From: Promethearchaeota archaeon | GTDB taxonomy: Archaea; Asgardarchaeota; Lokiarchaeia; Sigyniarchaeales; SOKP01 | Reading direction: 5' to 3' | DNA: 31,133 nucleotides | Assembly (NCBI GenBank): GCA_016839745.1 | Contig: JAEOTS010000017.1 | Coordinates: forward strand, 1-31,133 | Shown: positions 1-9,801 of the stretch, piece after piece | How positions within the stretch are numbered: position 1 is the stretch's first letter | Layout of the letters: every line of letters starts with the position of its first letter | The notes under the pieces: model-generated | Told to the model about the DNA's origin: nothing | Database searches by the model: none | What the model saw: only the letters and a program-made list of their open reading frames with translations | Made by a program: the position numbers and the translations under genes

Positions 1-113
1 AATTACAATTTGAATTGTAAAGTATTATTAAACCTATAATACTGAATTTTATAAATATTGCTAATAAAACTATATTAATATAAATTAGTAATCAATAAAA
101 GTGCTGATAATTA

Positions 114-917
114 ATGAGCTTTACACTAAAACTGGATAATAGTAGAGTATTGAAGGGAATAGTTGAAACGCTTTCAAGTATCATTGATGAGACTGAATTT
201 AAAGTATCTCCTAAAGAATTTGTGATCACTGCAATGGACCCAAGTCGAATTTGTTTGCTAAAATTATCAATAAAGAAGGAGAACTTTGACGATTATAAGT
301 GCAGTAAAGAATCTAAAATCGGATTAAATTTAGGTGATTTGGATAAGATCCTTAAAAGAAGTTCTGCTGATGACAACATTGAAATAGACTTCAAAGAAAC
401 GGACCAAAAAATTAAAATCACCATGGACCGAGTTGGGAAAACCCGCAAGAGAACGTTTAGTTTAGCATTAATTGACCTTGAACGGGAAGAAATTCCTATG
501 GACAACTTATTAAAAATTGAGTATCCTTCAAATTGGGTTATAGATACGGAATTTCTAGTAGAAGCGATAAAAGACGCAGAAATATATTCTGAAATCCTGA
601 ATATGAAGGCTGTTGCGAACGAAGGATTAATCTTTAGCTCGACGGGTCAAATTGGTGAAATGGAGTATGATCTTAGCGTGGAAGATTTAATTGAAAGTAA
701 TATTAGCGAGACTTGCACTGGAGCCTATAGTCTTACATTTCTAAAAGCAATACTAAAAATCGCGTCGATAACAGAAAAACTCGAAATTTCACTGAAAACA
801 GATCATCCCTTAAAAATGATTTTCGATCTTTTAGAGGGTGGCGAATTGAACTACTTTCTCGCACCTCGCGTCGAAGAAGCTGAATTTGACGACGATGACG
901 ATATGGACGAATTTTAA
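114..917 (+). CDS. pcn: Proliferating cell nuclear antigen (DNA sliding clamp)
   Basis: AMDPSRICL, IGLNLGDLDKILKR, YSLTFL and C-terminal YFLAPRVE motifs typical of PCNA; acidic tail. Confidence 0.97.
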   Translation: MSFTLKLDNSRVLKGIVETLSSIIDETEFKVSPKEFVITAMDPSRICLLKLSIKKENFDDYKCSKESKIGLNLGDLDKILKRSSADDNIEIDFKETDQKIKITMDRVGKTRKRTFSLALIDLEREEIPMDNLLKIEYPSNWVIDTEFLVEAIKDAEIYSEILNMKAVANEGLIFSSTGQIGEMEYDLSVEDLIESNISETCTGAYSLTFLKAILKIASITEKLEISLKTDHPLKMIFDLLEGGELNYFLAPRVEEAEFDDDDDMDEF

Positions 918-997
918 GTGATATTTAATAAATCAATTATCTCATTGCAGTTAAAACGAAACGCCCCCGTTATCAATTATATATACCTATTTTTGTT

Positions 998-2236
998 TTG
1001 AATTATGAGGTTATTAACGCCTTGAGCATTTCAAATGAATTAGTCAATCGTTATCCATGGCTTCCCTCCTTAAAAAAAATTTATGAAGATATCGGGGAGA
1101 AACCACCTGCTGAGTTTATTTCAGAATTATTTATTAATTCTGATAGTATTCAAATAGCTGAACGAGTTTTAAAAATCTTTGAAGCTGCATTCAATAACTT
1201 GGAAGAGATTCCAGATAATAAAATTGACGACTTGAATATTCATGTATATTTATTACTCAAAATTATCCTCTATGCTCTAAATAACAAGATGATAACAAAC
1301 AGAACTGCGAATCTGTATTCAAAGAATGCTTACAACGATATGGAAAGAGAAAGTAACGAATCAAATCTTTATAATATATGTCAAGATTTGGGGTTAAAAA
1401 TTAATTTTTACGATCCACCCGAACCATATGGGCTAAAGGTAGTAAAAGATCATCGAGAAAAACTAAAAGCTAATTTTTCCATCCATTACATTGATTACCT
1501 TAGACTCGCGTCGAATTTAAGAGATGAATATAGGAAATTAACGAATAATACATTGATAAATGGATATGTTTTCATTCAAAATAAAACTTTAATACGTTTA
1601 ATACAAGAATATGTTAGGAATAAGCTCCTTATTGAAGAAACAGGGGATAAAGCTTCTTTAAAGGCATTTATTAAGGAAGTGTCTAAAATTCAAGGATTCA
1701 AGGAGTTGTATGATAAAATTTCAAGCTTATGGGATAAACGAAAAGAAGAATTTGATTTTTCTTTTAAAATTGACATAAAGAGTAAAGAGGATATGTTATC
1801 ACTGTATCCTCCATGTGTGATTGAAATATTAAAAAAAGCAGAAGAAGGTCAAAATCTAGTCCATCACGAACGTCTCTTTATAGTATGGTTTTTACTTGCT
1901 TTGGAATATCCTGTCGAAAAAGTGGTCGATATTTTTTCGACATTACCTGATTTTGATAAAGAAAAAACCACATATCAAGTAGAATATGCAAAAAGAAAAA
2001 ATTACACTCCATACCAATGTTCTACTTTAAAATCCTTAGGGTTATGTATGGCAGATAAATATAAGGATGAACTTTGCAAAGAAGGGTATGGTTCAAAAGA
2101 CCCTACAGAGAGAAAAAAGTTGAAGCACCCATTAGCTTATATTCGTATAAAAAAATATAGAAGTGAAAAAGAAGAAGAATATAAAAAAAATCTAGCAAAA
2201 AGAGCATTAGAGGAATCAAAGAACCAAAATGACTGA
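998..2236 (+). CDS. priL: DNA primase large subunit (Fe-S)
   Basis: RYPWL, YPPCV, NLVHHERL, PDFDKEKTTYQVEY, YQCSTL..GLC..LC and HPL motifs with four Fe-S Cys; overlaps priS by 8 bp; exact TTG start uncertain. Confidence 0.93.
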   Translation: MNYEVINALSISNELVNRYPWLPSLKKIYEDIGEKPPAEFISELFINSDSIQIAERVLKIFEAAFNNLEEIPDNKIDDLNIHVYLLLKIILYALNNKMITNRTANLYSKNAYNDMERESNESNLYNICQDLGLKINFYDPPEPYGLKVVKDHREKLKANFSIHYIDYLRLASNLRDEYRKLTNNTLINGYVFIQNKTLIRLIQEYVRNKLLIEETGDKASLKAFIKEVSKIQGFKELYDKISSLWDKRKEEFDFSFKIDIKSKEDMLSLYPPCVIEILKKAEEGQNLVHHERLFIVWFLLALEYPVEKVVDIFSTLPDFDKEKTTYQVEYAKRKNYTPYQCSTLKSLGLCMADKYKDELCKEGYGSKDPTERKKLKHPLAYIRIKKYRSEKEEEYKKNLAKRALEESKNQND

Positions 2237-3512
2237 CCTTATATATCTAAAAAGGTTATTTCAGGCGTATTATCAAGACGAACAGAAAGAAATTCCGCCG
2301 GTTAGTTCTTTCAATTTACGAGAGTTCGGATTTATCCCATGGGAAAAAAAAGTTTTTATGAAACGTCATATGAAATTTGAAAATCCGAAAGAACTAAGAG
2401 GTTATTTATTACTAGATACCCCTAGACACTTGTATTCAAGTGGTTCACTGTATTTAGAACCTGATGCTAGAGAAATGGAAAACAAACATTATCAGGGATG
2501 TGATTTAATTATTGATATTGACGTCGACCATTTCTACACTCCATGTAAAGAAAAACACGATCTTTGGTATTGTAAAGAATGTGGTGCTGAAGGAAGGGGA
2601 ATGCCCGAAAAATGCCCTGAATGTAAGAAGTCAAAGTTTACTAAATTGAATTGGGTTTGTAATCATTGCTTAGATGTTGCTAAAAATGAAATTAAGAAAT
2701 TAATTTATAATTTTTTAATCCCAGATTTCGGAATAAGCGAAAAAGATATGAGAATCGCATTTTCTGGTCATAGAGGATATCACTTAAAAGTTGAAAGTGA
2801 AGAACTTAGAAAATTGAATAGTGATGAAAGAAGGGAAATTGTTGATTACCTTACAGGTGATAACATTTCATTTGAGTTATTGGGGCTAATTGAAAAATCA
2901 AATGAAATTTATGGGTTACTAAAAGAAAATCGTGGTTGGTCTCAAAAAATTTTAAGCAAAGTTGAAGAAGTTTTGCGTAAACCTGAAACTGAAATAAAAA
3001 GAATGTTTTTAGATAAAAATCAATTTGGATTCAAACCATTTTATGCTACAAGCTTTTTAAATTATAAGAATGATTTTTTAGAATTAATTACAAAAGGAGA
3101 GAGAAATGTTTGGGCTATCGAAGGCTTCGGTTTGACAATGTGGAAAAATTTTTTAAAAGAAATTGCTAAACAAGTTGGAGTTGAATTGGATGAACCAGTA
3201 TCTATAGATATTCACAGACTTATAAGATATCCCGGTTCTTTACACGGAAAAACAGGTTTCAAAGTTCAAGAGATAACTTTAAGAGAACTGGAAAAATTTA
3301 ATCCCTTGAACGAAGCAAACGAAAAATTGGATCCCATTGTATTTACAAGTTCGAAAAATTTAACCCAGAAACTAGAAATCACGGAAAATAAAATACCAAT
3401 AACAAAAATCAAGGGCGTGGAGTATGGACCATACTCAAAAGGAGAAAAAATCGAAGTCCCTCATCACATAGCCGTATTTTTATTATGTAAAGAAGTTGCA
3501 AAAACAATTTGA
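2229..3512 (+). CDS. priS: DNA primase catalytic small subunit
   Basis: REFGF, catalytic DLIIDIDVD, FSGHRGYH and DEPVSIDIHRLIRYPGSLHGKTG motifs. Confidence 0.96.
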   Translation: MTDLIYLKRLFQAYYQDEQKEIPPVSSFNLREFGFIPWEKKVFMKRHMKFENPKELRGYLLLDTPRHLYSSGSLYLEPDAREMENKHYQGCDLIIDIDVDHFYTPCKEKHDLWYCKECGAEGRGMPEKCPECKKSKFTKLNWVCNHCLDVAKNEIKKLIYNFLIPDFGISEKDMRIAFSGHRGYHLKVESEELRKLNSDERREIVDYLTGDNISFELLGLIEKSNEIYGLLKENRGWSQKILSKVEEVLRKPETEIKRMFLDKNQFGFKPFYATSFLNYKNDFLELITKGERNVWAIEGFGLTMWKNFLKEIAKQVGVELDEPVSIDIHRLIRYPGSLHGKTGFKVQEITLRELEKFNPLNEANEKLDPIVFTSSKNLTQKLEITENKIPITKIKGVEYGPYSKGEKIEVPHHIAVFLLCKEVAKTI

Positions 3513-3572
3513 GTAAAAATAATAATATTTCTCATCTTTATTATTATAGAAGAATAAAAATTTTTGAAAGGT

Positions 3573-4262
3573 ATGAATTTAAAAACTGATTATCAGAACC
3601 TTTATCAACATTGGCTTAAAGAATTTGAAAAGAGTGAGTTGACCCACTTAACTCAAGAGAATTTTGACTACTTTAGGAAAAACGTTGATTATATCACTAA
3701 ATTTGAGCTAGAAGGTAGGCAAAATGTTGAAATTCAATTATTAAAGTCATACAAGTATGGATTTAAATATTTATTTAACGATTTTTTAAAAATTCGAGAA
3801 GTTAAACTATTAAGCGCAGCGCTAATCCTTCAAGAAATTAATTATAATGATGTAATTGAAGCCGAGAAGTTATTTTATCAAAATTTAGTAAGTGGGATTA
3901 AAGGATTTAAAAAGCTTAAAACCCTCATATTGTACGAGGAAGATGAACCGATTGAATTGGATAAAGTTTTTGAGGATAAAGAGGTACCAGTGGAACCTTC
4001 TCTAGTAGAAATTCCCACAGAAGAAGACTTAAAAAGCACCGAAGTTGATATTGTACAAAAAAAATCAGAACTTATACAACCTGAACAAGGAGCTCAATAT
4101 AACTATATTCTTATTAGGTTTAACAATCCTTCTCCTCCCCTAGTTGGAATTGATGGTATTAATTATGGTCCTTTTCATGAAAACGACATTGCTAATATGC
4201 CACAAAAAAACGCGAAAATTCTTATTTACGAGAAATTAGCTGAAAAAATAGACATTACTTAA
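3573..4262 (+). CDS. gins15: GINS complex subunit Gins15/Gins51
   Basis: Helical A domain (WLKEFEKSEL..L, KIREVKL, EKLFY), acidic linker and C-terminal B domain (PPLVGIDGINYGPF..NDIANMP..NA); follows priS as in other archaea; ATG 3573 preferred over TTG 3564. Confidence 0.85.
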   Translation: MNLKTDYQNLYQHWLKEFEKSELTHLTQENFDYFRKNVDYITKFELEGRQNVEIQLLKSYKYGFKYLFNDFLKIREVKLLSAALILQEINYNDVIEAEKLFYQNLVSGIKGFKKLKTLILYEEDEPIELDKVFEDKEVPVEPSLVEIPTEEDLKSTEVDIVQKKSELIQPEQGAQYNYILIRFNNPSPPLVGIDGINYGPFHENDIANMPQKNAKILIYEKLAEKIDIT

Positions 4263-4447
4263 CTTTCTTCAAATCTTTTTTTAAATTCCTCCTTAAAATA
4301 AATAATCCGATATTTTGAATATTTATCAACGGGAGAATATTTTGGAGGAAATGGATTAATTAAGGTTCCACCGCAATGAGTACACTTAGATTTTGGGTTT
4401 GTTAAACCGTATTTTCCACAATCATTACATTTCTGAAGATATTTCAT
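4259..4447 (-). CDS. nop10: H/ACA RNP protein Nop10
   Basis: CxxC..CxxCGG zinc ribbon and PPKYSPVDKYSKYR; directly downstream of aIF2alpha. Confidence 0.93.
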   Translation of the reverse strand: MKYLQKCNDCGKYGLTNPKSKCTHCGGTLINPFPPKYSPVDKYSKYRIIYFKEEFKKRFEES

Positions 4448-4477
4448 CCTTTTTTATGTCTTTTTATTAATTAAGCT

Positions 4478-5302
4478 TTAGTCTCTTATAAATTCAAATG
4501 AACCATTATTTTGTTGAGTTGTATTCTCTAACACCTCAATTGTATCTGATAGAATGCTTTCCGCGTCAAGATAATCTTTGGAGATAATCTCTAATCTATA
4601 AAAAGGCGCTCCCAGATACGATAATTGTATATTCCTAGTTAATTTTGGCTTTTCTATTATCTTAATTATTTCATTCAATGTGTCTTTTATTTTATTTATG
4701 CCATCTCCACTTTTGTTCATAAGTTTTATCTTACCTTTTATGCTAACCGTCGAAACCTCGACATTTTCCTCAACAACCTGTAAAAATACCTTTTTAATAT
4801 CGTCTGGTACATTATCAAGTTCATCTAAGATTTCTTGTCCTTCTTCTTTGAGAGCTTCGACAGCTTCTTGGTAAAGATCAAATTGTTCTTTTATCGGCCA
4901 GCCAATTAATTCGTAAGCTTTATCTAAAGTTAAATCAATTCCCTCTGTTTCGGTTAAAAATTGCAATAGATTTTCAAACTTATTAGCGTATTTATGCTCT
5001 TTCGCTATCAAATCTTTTTGAGCGGAATTTACGCGCCTTAAAGACAAATCTATTTGTCCTTTATCAGGAACAACTTTCACAACTCTTAATACAAGTCGTT
5101 GACCGATTCTCACAATACTTCTAATATTTTTAACCCATCTACTTGAAATTTCACTAATATGTATCATACCTCTTGCTGTTTCTTCTGAAGGCAAACCATC
5201 GTAATCCGGTAAATCTACATATATATACTGGGCTTGAATATCAACTACTCGCCCCATTATGAAAGCACCTTCTCGGGGGAATTTTTCTCTATTTTTTACC
5301 AT
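4478..5302 (-). CDS. eif2a: Translation initiation factor 2 alpha subunit (aIF2alpha)
   Basis: S1 domain with IHISEISSRWVKNIR and KGQIDLSLRRV; C-terminal YLGAPFYR. Confidence 0.96.
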   Translation of the reverse strand: MVKNREKFPREGAFIMGRVVDIQAQYIYVDLPDYDGLPSEETARGMIHISEISSRWVKNIRSIVRIGQRLVLRVVKVVPDKGQIDLSLRRVNSAQKDLIAKEHKYANKFENLLQFLTETEGIDLTLDKAYELIGWPIKEQFDLYQEAVEALKEEGQEILDELDNVPDDIKKVFLQVVEENVEVSTVSIKGKIKLMNKSGDGINKIKDTLNEIIKIIEKPKLTRNIQLSYLGAPFYRLEIISKDYLDAESILSDTIEVLENTTQQNNGSFEFIRD

Positions 5303-5460
5303 GATATTTGTTTCGAGCTTTGAATATTTTGTTTAAGTATTATTGTTAATTAACGAAATATGACTTTTTATTTTTATTATCTTATCTGAAGAAAAATGTT
5401 TTTTTTTAACCCTACGCTATTAAAATCATAGTTTAAAATTTATCTTAAAGTGATCTAAAA

Positions 5461-5922
5461 ATACCTAATTGGGTTGTTCACGATAAATGGGCAAAAAAAG
5501 CAGGAATTGACGAATTTATCGCGAATTATGTTAATAGAAACATCGATTACGGGACTTCTTGGGCGTATTCTGAAAATAACGATAGCAGTTATTATGACAA
5601 TAATGAAAACATAGCTATTAAGCAATTACAGTTCTTTCATCAAAAGGATTTGGATAGCAAAAGGAATATCCGGAATTCATACGTAAAAGCTTTTTTTTTA
5701 CATCATCTCTTAGATTTTTTCAGAGAAACTCGAGTTAACATCAATGACATTGATTTGGTTTTTGAAAAATTCTTACAAAAAAAAGTTATAATAGAAATAA
5801 CTGATTCTGAAGGAAATAAAATAAATTTTCAAGAAGAAATCAATGAAATTTTTGAATTATTAAAAGGTAATATAAAAGAATTGTATGAAGATTTAAAAGG
5901 AAAATATTTTAATGATTCATAA
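5461..5922 (+). CDS. Hypothetical protein, possible metal-binding hydrolase (N-terminal PxWxxH, internal HHLLD)
   Basis: The frame of track ORF 5650..5922 is open back to the stop at 5446. ATA at 5461 gives (M)PNWVVHDKWAKKAGIDEFIANYVNRNIDYG, preceded by SD-like GTGAT. Confidence 0.55.
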   Translation: MPNWVVHDKWAKKAGIDEFIANYVNRNIDYGTSWAYSENNDSSYYDNNENIAIKQLQFFHQKDLDSKRNIRNSYVKAFFLHHLLDFFRETRVNINDIDLVFEKFLQKKVIIEITDSEGNKINFQEEINEIFELLKGNIKELYEDLKGKYFNDS

Positions 5923-7779
5923 AATCCAATCTAACTCTAATTCCTCTAATTTAGATTTTGTAGGGATTCCATCCTCATCCCAGCCCATCATTTTATAATA
6001 AGCCAATATCGCGTTTTTAAATTCATCTGGTTTAATAACGGTGTCTGCAAGGGCTCCTGATGTATGAGGTTGGAAAAATCTTTCAGGTAACCAATCATCC
6101 TTTTTTGTAAGTCCTTCTCTAATATTAAAAGCCCTTGCCATAGTTGTAATCCTCTCTCCTACTTTCATTAATTCCCAAGATGAAGTATACCATCCAGTTG
6201 TAGCTCTTACAATTTCAGGTACATCAACATAATCCCATGGTGTGAAATAGCATATTAATAAAGCATTCAATATATTCCTCCAATTAGTATAATAAACCAA
6301 TGCTCGAACCTTTTTTATTCCTAAATCATCAATTTCAAGTGGTTCCAAAATCCCTAAAGCACTGTGAGCAGCTATTGATCTTTCACTAGCAATTGAAGTG
6401 TCGTGCAAGTTTGCCATATGTTCTGCTCCTGTAGGTGAAACTGCATACCCAACCCCTAATCCTTGCTTTAGTCGAGGTTCGTGCATCGGGATCTCTTGAC
6501 CTTTAACATGCATAGCAAACTTTTCTGCTCCATTTTTTATTTTTTCAGCAGCCCTTTTAACGCCTTCTGCTAAAATATCGCCTAGGCCTTCACGTTTAGC
6601 AATCATTTCAACCAATTGAACAACTGCTTCAGCGTTTCCAAAATTTAATTTTATTCCATTTGTGTCATTTTCAGAAAGTATTCCATTTTCATAACATTCC
6701 ATTGCAAACCCAATAGAAACCCCTGTAGATATGGCATCGATTGAATATTTATTGCAAAGTTCATTAGCTTTACAAACAGCTTTTAAATCACTCACCCCAC
6801 AATTAGAACCAAACGCTCCTATTGACTCATATTCCGGGCCACCATAAATCGGATCGACGTTCCAAGGCTCTCCTATTTCTACAACTTTTTTACACCGAAT
6901 AGGGCATGCATAACAAGCCTCCATTTTTAGTCCAATTTCATGTTTCATGATACCGGGATCCAGAACCTTAGCATCCTTAAAATCGCCATCTCGAAAATTT
7001 CTTGTTGGGAGATTTCCAGATGTAGCAAATTGTTCCATTACGCCATATCCCGTACCATACTCAAAATAACCCCTATATGGTTTATAAGCAACTTCTTTAA
7101 ATTCTCTAATTTTCGCTCTTAATTTCTCTTTATTATTAACCTCAAGTCTTTTATGCCCTCTAACAGCAATAGCTTTCAAATTCTTAGAGCCCATAACAGC
7201 ACCCATTCCAGTGCGCCCTGCGGCGTTTCTTAAATCGTTTATAATACAAGCATAACGTACAAGATTCTCTCCACCAGGTCCAATTTGAGCTACACGGACA
7301 AGTAGATCATCCAACTCTTTTTTAATAATTGCTTCCGCTTCACCAGTAACTTTACCCCAAAGATGATTTGCATTTTTAATTACTGCAACTCCATCTTTTA
7401 TCCATAAATAAACAGGCGTTTTTGCTTTTCCTTCTATAATTATCGCGTCATATCCAGCGTGCTTCAATTCAGCACCCCAATGACCTCCAACTTCAGCTTC
7501 TCCAAAACCCCCTGTTAAAGGAGATTTAGCACCAACACTATTTCTACCTGTTCCAGGAATCGCAAATCCTGTAAGTGGGCCAGTAGTAAATATTAATTTA
7601 TTTTTAGCACTTAATGGATCAATCCCCACTTTTAATTCCTTCAAGAGGTAATAGGCTACAAATCCCTCGCCTCCAATATATCGACGGTAGAAAATTTCTT
7701 CAGGATTTTCTATTGTGATTTTCTCATTTGTTAAATCCACTCTAAGAATGTTCCCCGTATACCCATTTACTATATTCAT
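5917..7779 (-). CDS. aor: Tungsten-containing aldehyde:ferredoxin oxidoreductase family protein
   Basis: GYTGNILRVDLT, KSPLTG, AAGRTGMGAVMGSKNLKA, CxxCxxxC (CYACPIRC), GPEYE, D.LPERF and YY..MGWDEDGIP motifs. Confidence 0.95.
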   Translation of the reverse strand: MNIVNGYTGNILRVDLTNEKITIENPEEIFYRRYIGGEGFVAYYLLKELKVGIDPLSAKNKLIFTTGPLTGFAIPGTGRNSVGAKSPLTGGFGEAEVGGHWGAELKHAGYDAIIIEGKAKTPVYLWIKDGVAVIKNANHLWGKVTGEAEAIIKKELDDLLVRVAQIGPGGENLVRYACIINDLRNAAGRTGMGAVMGSKNLKAIAVRGHKRLEVNNKEKLRAKIREFKEVAYKPYRGYFEYGTGYGVMEQFATSGNLPTRNFRDGDFKDAKVLDPGIMKHEIGLKMEACYACPIRCKKVVEIGEPWNVDPIYGGPEYESIGAFGSNCGVSDLKAVCKANELCNKYSIDAISTGVSIGFAMECYENGILSENDTNGIKLNFGNAEAVVQLVEMIAKREGLGDILAEGVKRAAEKIKNGAEKFAMHVKGQEIPMHEPRLKQGLGVGYAVSPTGAEHMANLHDTSIASERSIAAHSALGILEPLEIDDLGIKKVRALVYYTNWRNILNALLICYFTPWDYVDVPEIVRATTGWYTSSWELMKVGERITTMARAFNIREGLTKKDDWLPERFFQPHTSGALADTVIKPDEFKNAILAYYKMMGWDEDGIPTKSKLEELELDWIL

Positions 7780-8157
7780 CCCCTCTATTTTAATTAATTT
7801 TAAATGTTATTTAGTAAAATTTCGTCTCACTTATATTTCTTATTTAATTCAAGGCTCTCTCTCCTAAAAATCATTAATCCTTAAATTCAGCAAATTTTCA
7901 ACCTATTAAAAAAAAATAAGGTGAATGTTATTCTGATCTTAGGGGGGAGTATTTAACTAACTTAGATAAAAAAAAAGGGGATATGATCTCTTAATAAGTA
8001 TCTTAACAACTGTATCCCTTAGAATTTATACGGCAAATTATAGTAAAAAATATATATTTGATATCATTAAGGTAGTTATCATTTTATCTAAAATGTATAT
8101 TTGGTAAATTCAAATAAAATAATAAATTTAATAATAAGTAAAGGAAATTGATTTAAA

Positions 8158-9459
8158 ATGCCGACCGATAAAGAACATTTGAATTTGGTAATAATTGGCC
8201 ATATTGATCACGGTAAATCCACAATGATGGGTGCAATGCTCATTAAAACTGGAGCAGTATCCGATAGAGAAGCGAGAGAACTTGAGAAGTTAGCAAAAGA
8301 GTACGATAGAGAATCTTGGTCTTACGCATATGTATTTGACAGACTAAAAGAAGAGCGACAACGTGGTATTACTATTGATTTAGCTTTTCGAAAATTTGAA
8401 ACTAAAACAAAATATTTTACCATTATTGACGCACCTGGTCACGCAGACTTCGTTAAGAACATGATTACCGGTGCTTCTCAAGCTGACGCAGCCATTCTTG
8501 TCGTTTCTGGAAAGAAAGGCGAAATGGAAGTCGGTGTTGCTGCTAATGGTCAAACTAGAGAACACGCTTATTTAGCACAAACTCTAGGTGTTAAACAATT
8601 AGTAGTTGCTGTAAATAAAGCCGATGTCTGGGACTACAAGGAAGACCGTTATAACGAAGTAAAAGATGCAGTTTCTGATCTCCTCAAAAATATTGGTTTT
8701 CCCGTAAAAAAGATTCCATTCGTACCTGTTAGTGGCATCAAAGCTGAAAATCTTACAGAGAAAACTGATAAACTTTCATGGTACGATGGTCCAACCTTAA
8801 TTGACGCGATTGATGCTTTCGAACTCCCACCAAAACCTACTGGCAAACCACTACGAATTCCAATCCAAGATGCGTACAGTATTAAAGGAACTGGAGTTGT
8901 TCCTGTTGGAAGAGTAGAAACTGGTGTATTAAAGAAGAACGATAAAATCGTTATCATGCCAACAGGATTTAAAGGCGAAATAAGAAGCATCGAAATGCAC
9001 CACGAGGAACAAGATCAAGCAGAACCCGGTGATAACATCGGATTTAGCATTAGAGGAATTACTATGGCGGATGTTGGTCGTGGCGACGTTATGGGCCATC
9101 CTTCTAATGTTCCAACCGTAGTTACTCCGAAAGGGAACTGGACTGGACAGGTTATTGTTATCTGGCATCCAACAGCAATTGCTCAAGGATATACCCCCGT
9201 AGTTCACGCTCACACAGCTCAAGTAGCAGCTAAATTCATTGAATTAAGCAAAAAATTAGATCAAAAGACTGGTGCTGTAATAGAAGACAATCCAAAATTC
9301 CTCAAGAAAAACGAATCAGCAATTATTAAGTTACAACCCATCAAAAAGCTTTGTATTGAGAAGTACAATGACTTTCCAGAACTCGGGAGGTTCGCGGTAA
9401 GGGACATGGGCAGGACTTCATGTGTGGGAATTGTAAAGGATTTGGAAACAGGAGAATAA
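8158..9459 (+). CDS. tuf: Translation elongation factor EF-1alpha
   Basis: GHIDHGKST, ERQRGITID, DAPGH.DFVKNMITGASQAD, NK.D and LGRFAVRDMG motifs. Confidence 0.98.
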   Translation: MPTDKEHLNLVIIGHIDHGKSTMMGAMLIKTGAVSDREARELEKLAKEYDRESWSYAYVFDRLKEERQRGITIDLAFRKFETKTKYFTIIDAPGHADFVKNMITGASQADAAILVVSGKKGEMEVGVAANGQTREHAYLAQTLGVKQLVVAVNKADVWDYKEDRYNEVKDAVSDLLKNIGFPVKKIPFVPVSGIKAENLTEKTDKLSWYDGPTLIDAIDAFELPPKPTGKPLRIPIQDAYSIKGTGVVPVGRVETGVLKKNDKIVIMPTGFKGEIRSIEMHHEEQDQAEPGDNIGFSIRGITMADVGRGDVMGHPSNVPTVVTPKGNWTGQVIVIWHPTAIAQGYTPVVHAHTAQVAAKFIELSKKLDQKTGAVIEDNPKFLKKNESAIIKLQPIKKLCIEKYNDFPELGRFAVRDMGRTSCVGIVKDLETGE

Positions 9460-9466
9460 AGATATA

Positions 9467-9486
9467 ATTTTTTTTTGATTTTTTTA
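9467..9486 (+). terminator. Putative archaeal oligo-T terminator after tuf
   Basis: Two consecutive long T runs starting within 10 nt of the tuf stop codon. Confidence 0.45.
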
Positions 9487-9801
9487 TAATTAATCTTCTT
9501 ATTTTATTTTATAACTTTTTTTAATCGAAAATATAGTTAAAAGACAACTGATCTTCTCTTAATTTGTCGTAATATTGTTCGAGCTCCTCGAAAGTGGTAA
9601 GTTCTAGCGGATATAATATTTAGCGGCGATATCACTTCCTTACTTCTTTCTTCAGCTTTTGAGATTTTGAATTAACTAATATTGTACGATATATATGAAT
9701 TTGTTTTCCTAATAACTTAAATACCCAAAGAATTCTATATTCTTATTAGTTAAGAATTTGAAACAATTATTTTTTAAAATCTAAATCGAGGAGAAATTAA
9801 A

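Noticed and set aside
5130-5165. aIF2alpha Ser residues equivalent to eukaryotic Ser48/Ser51 (ISEISSRW)
   Set aside because: Similar loops occur in many archaeal aIF2alpha proteins, and no kinase gene is nearby
5917-5919. TGA stops (aor, priS, uvrB) as possible selenocysteine codons
   Set aside because: Each falls at the expected end of the protein family; no SECIS-like element recognised
7780-8157. Specific promoter or operator calls in the aor-tuf divergent region (e.g. the TGATATCA palindrome)
   Set aside because: The region is too AT-rich to distinguish TATA/BRE elements or short palindromes from chance
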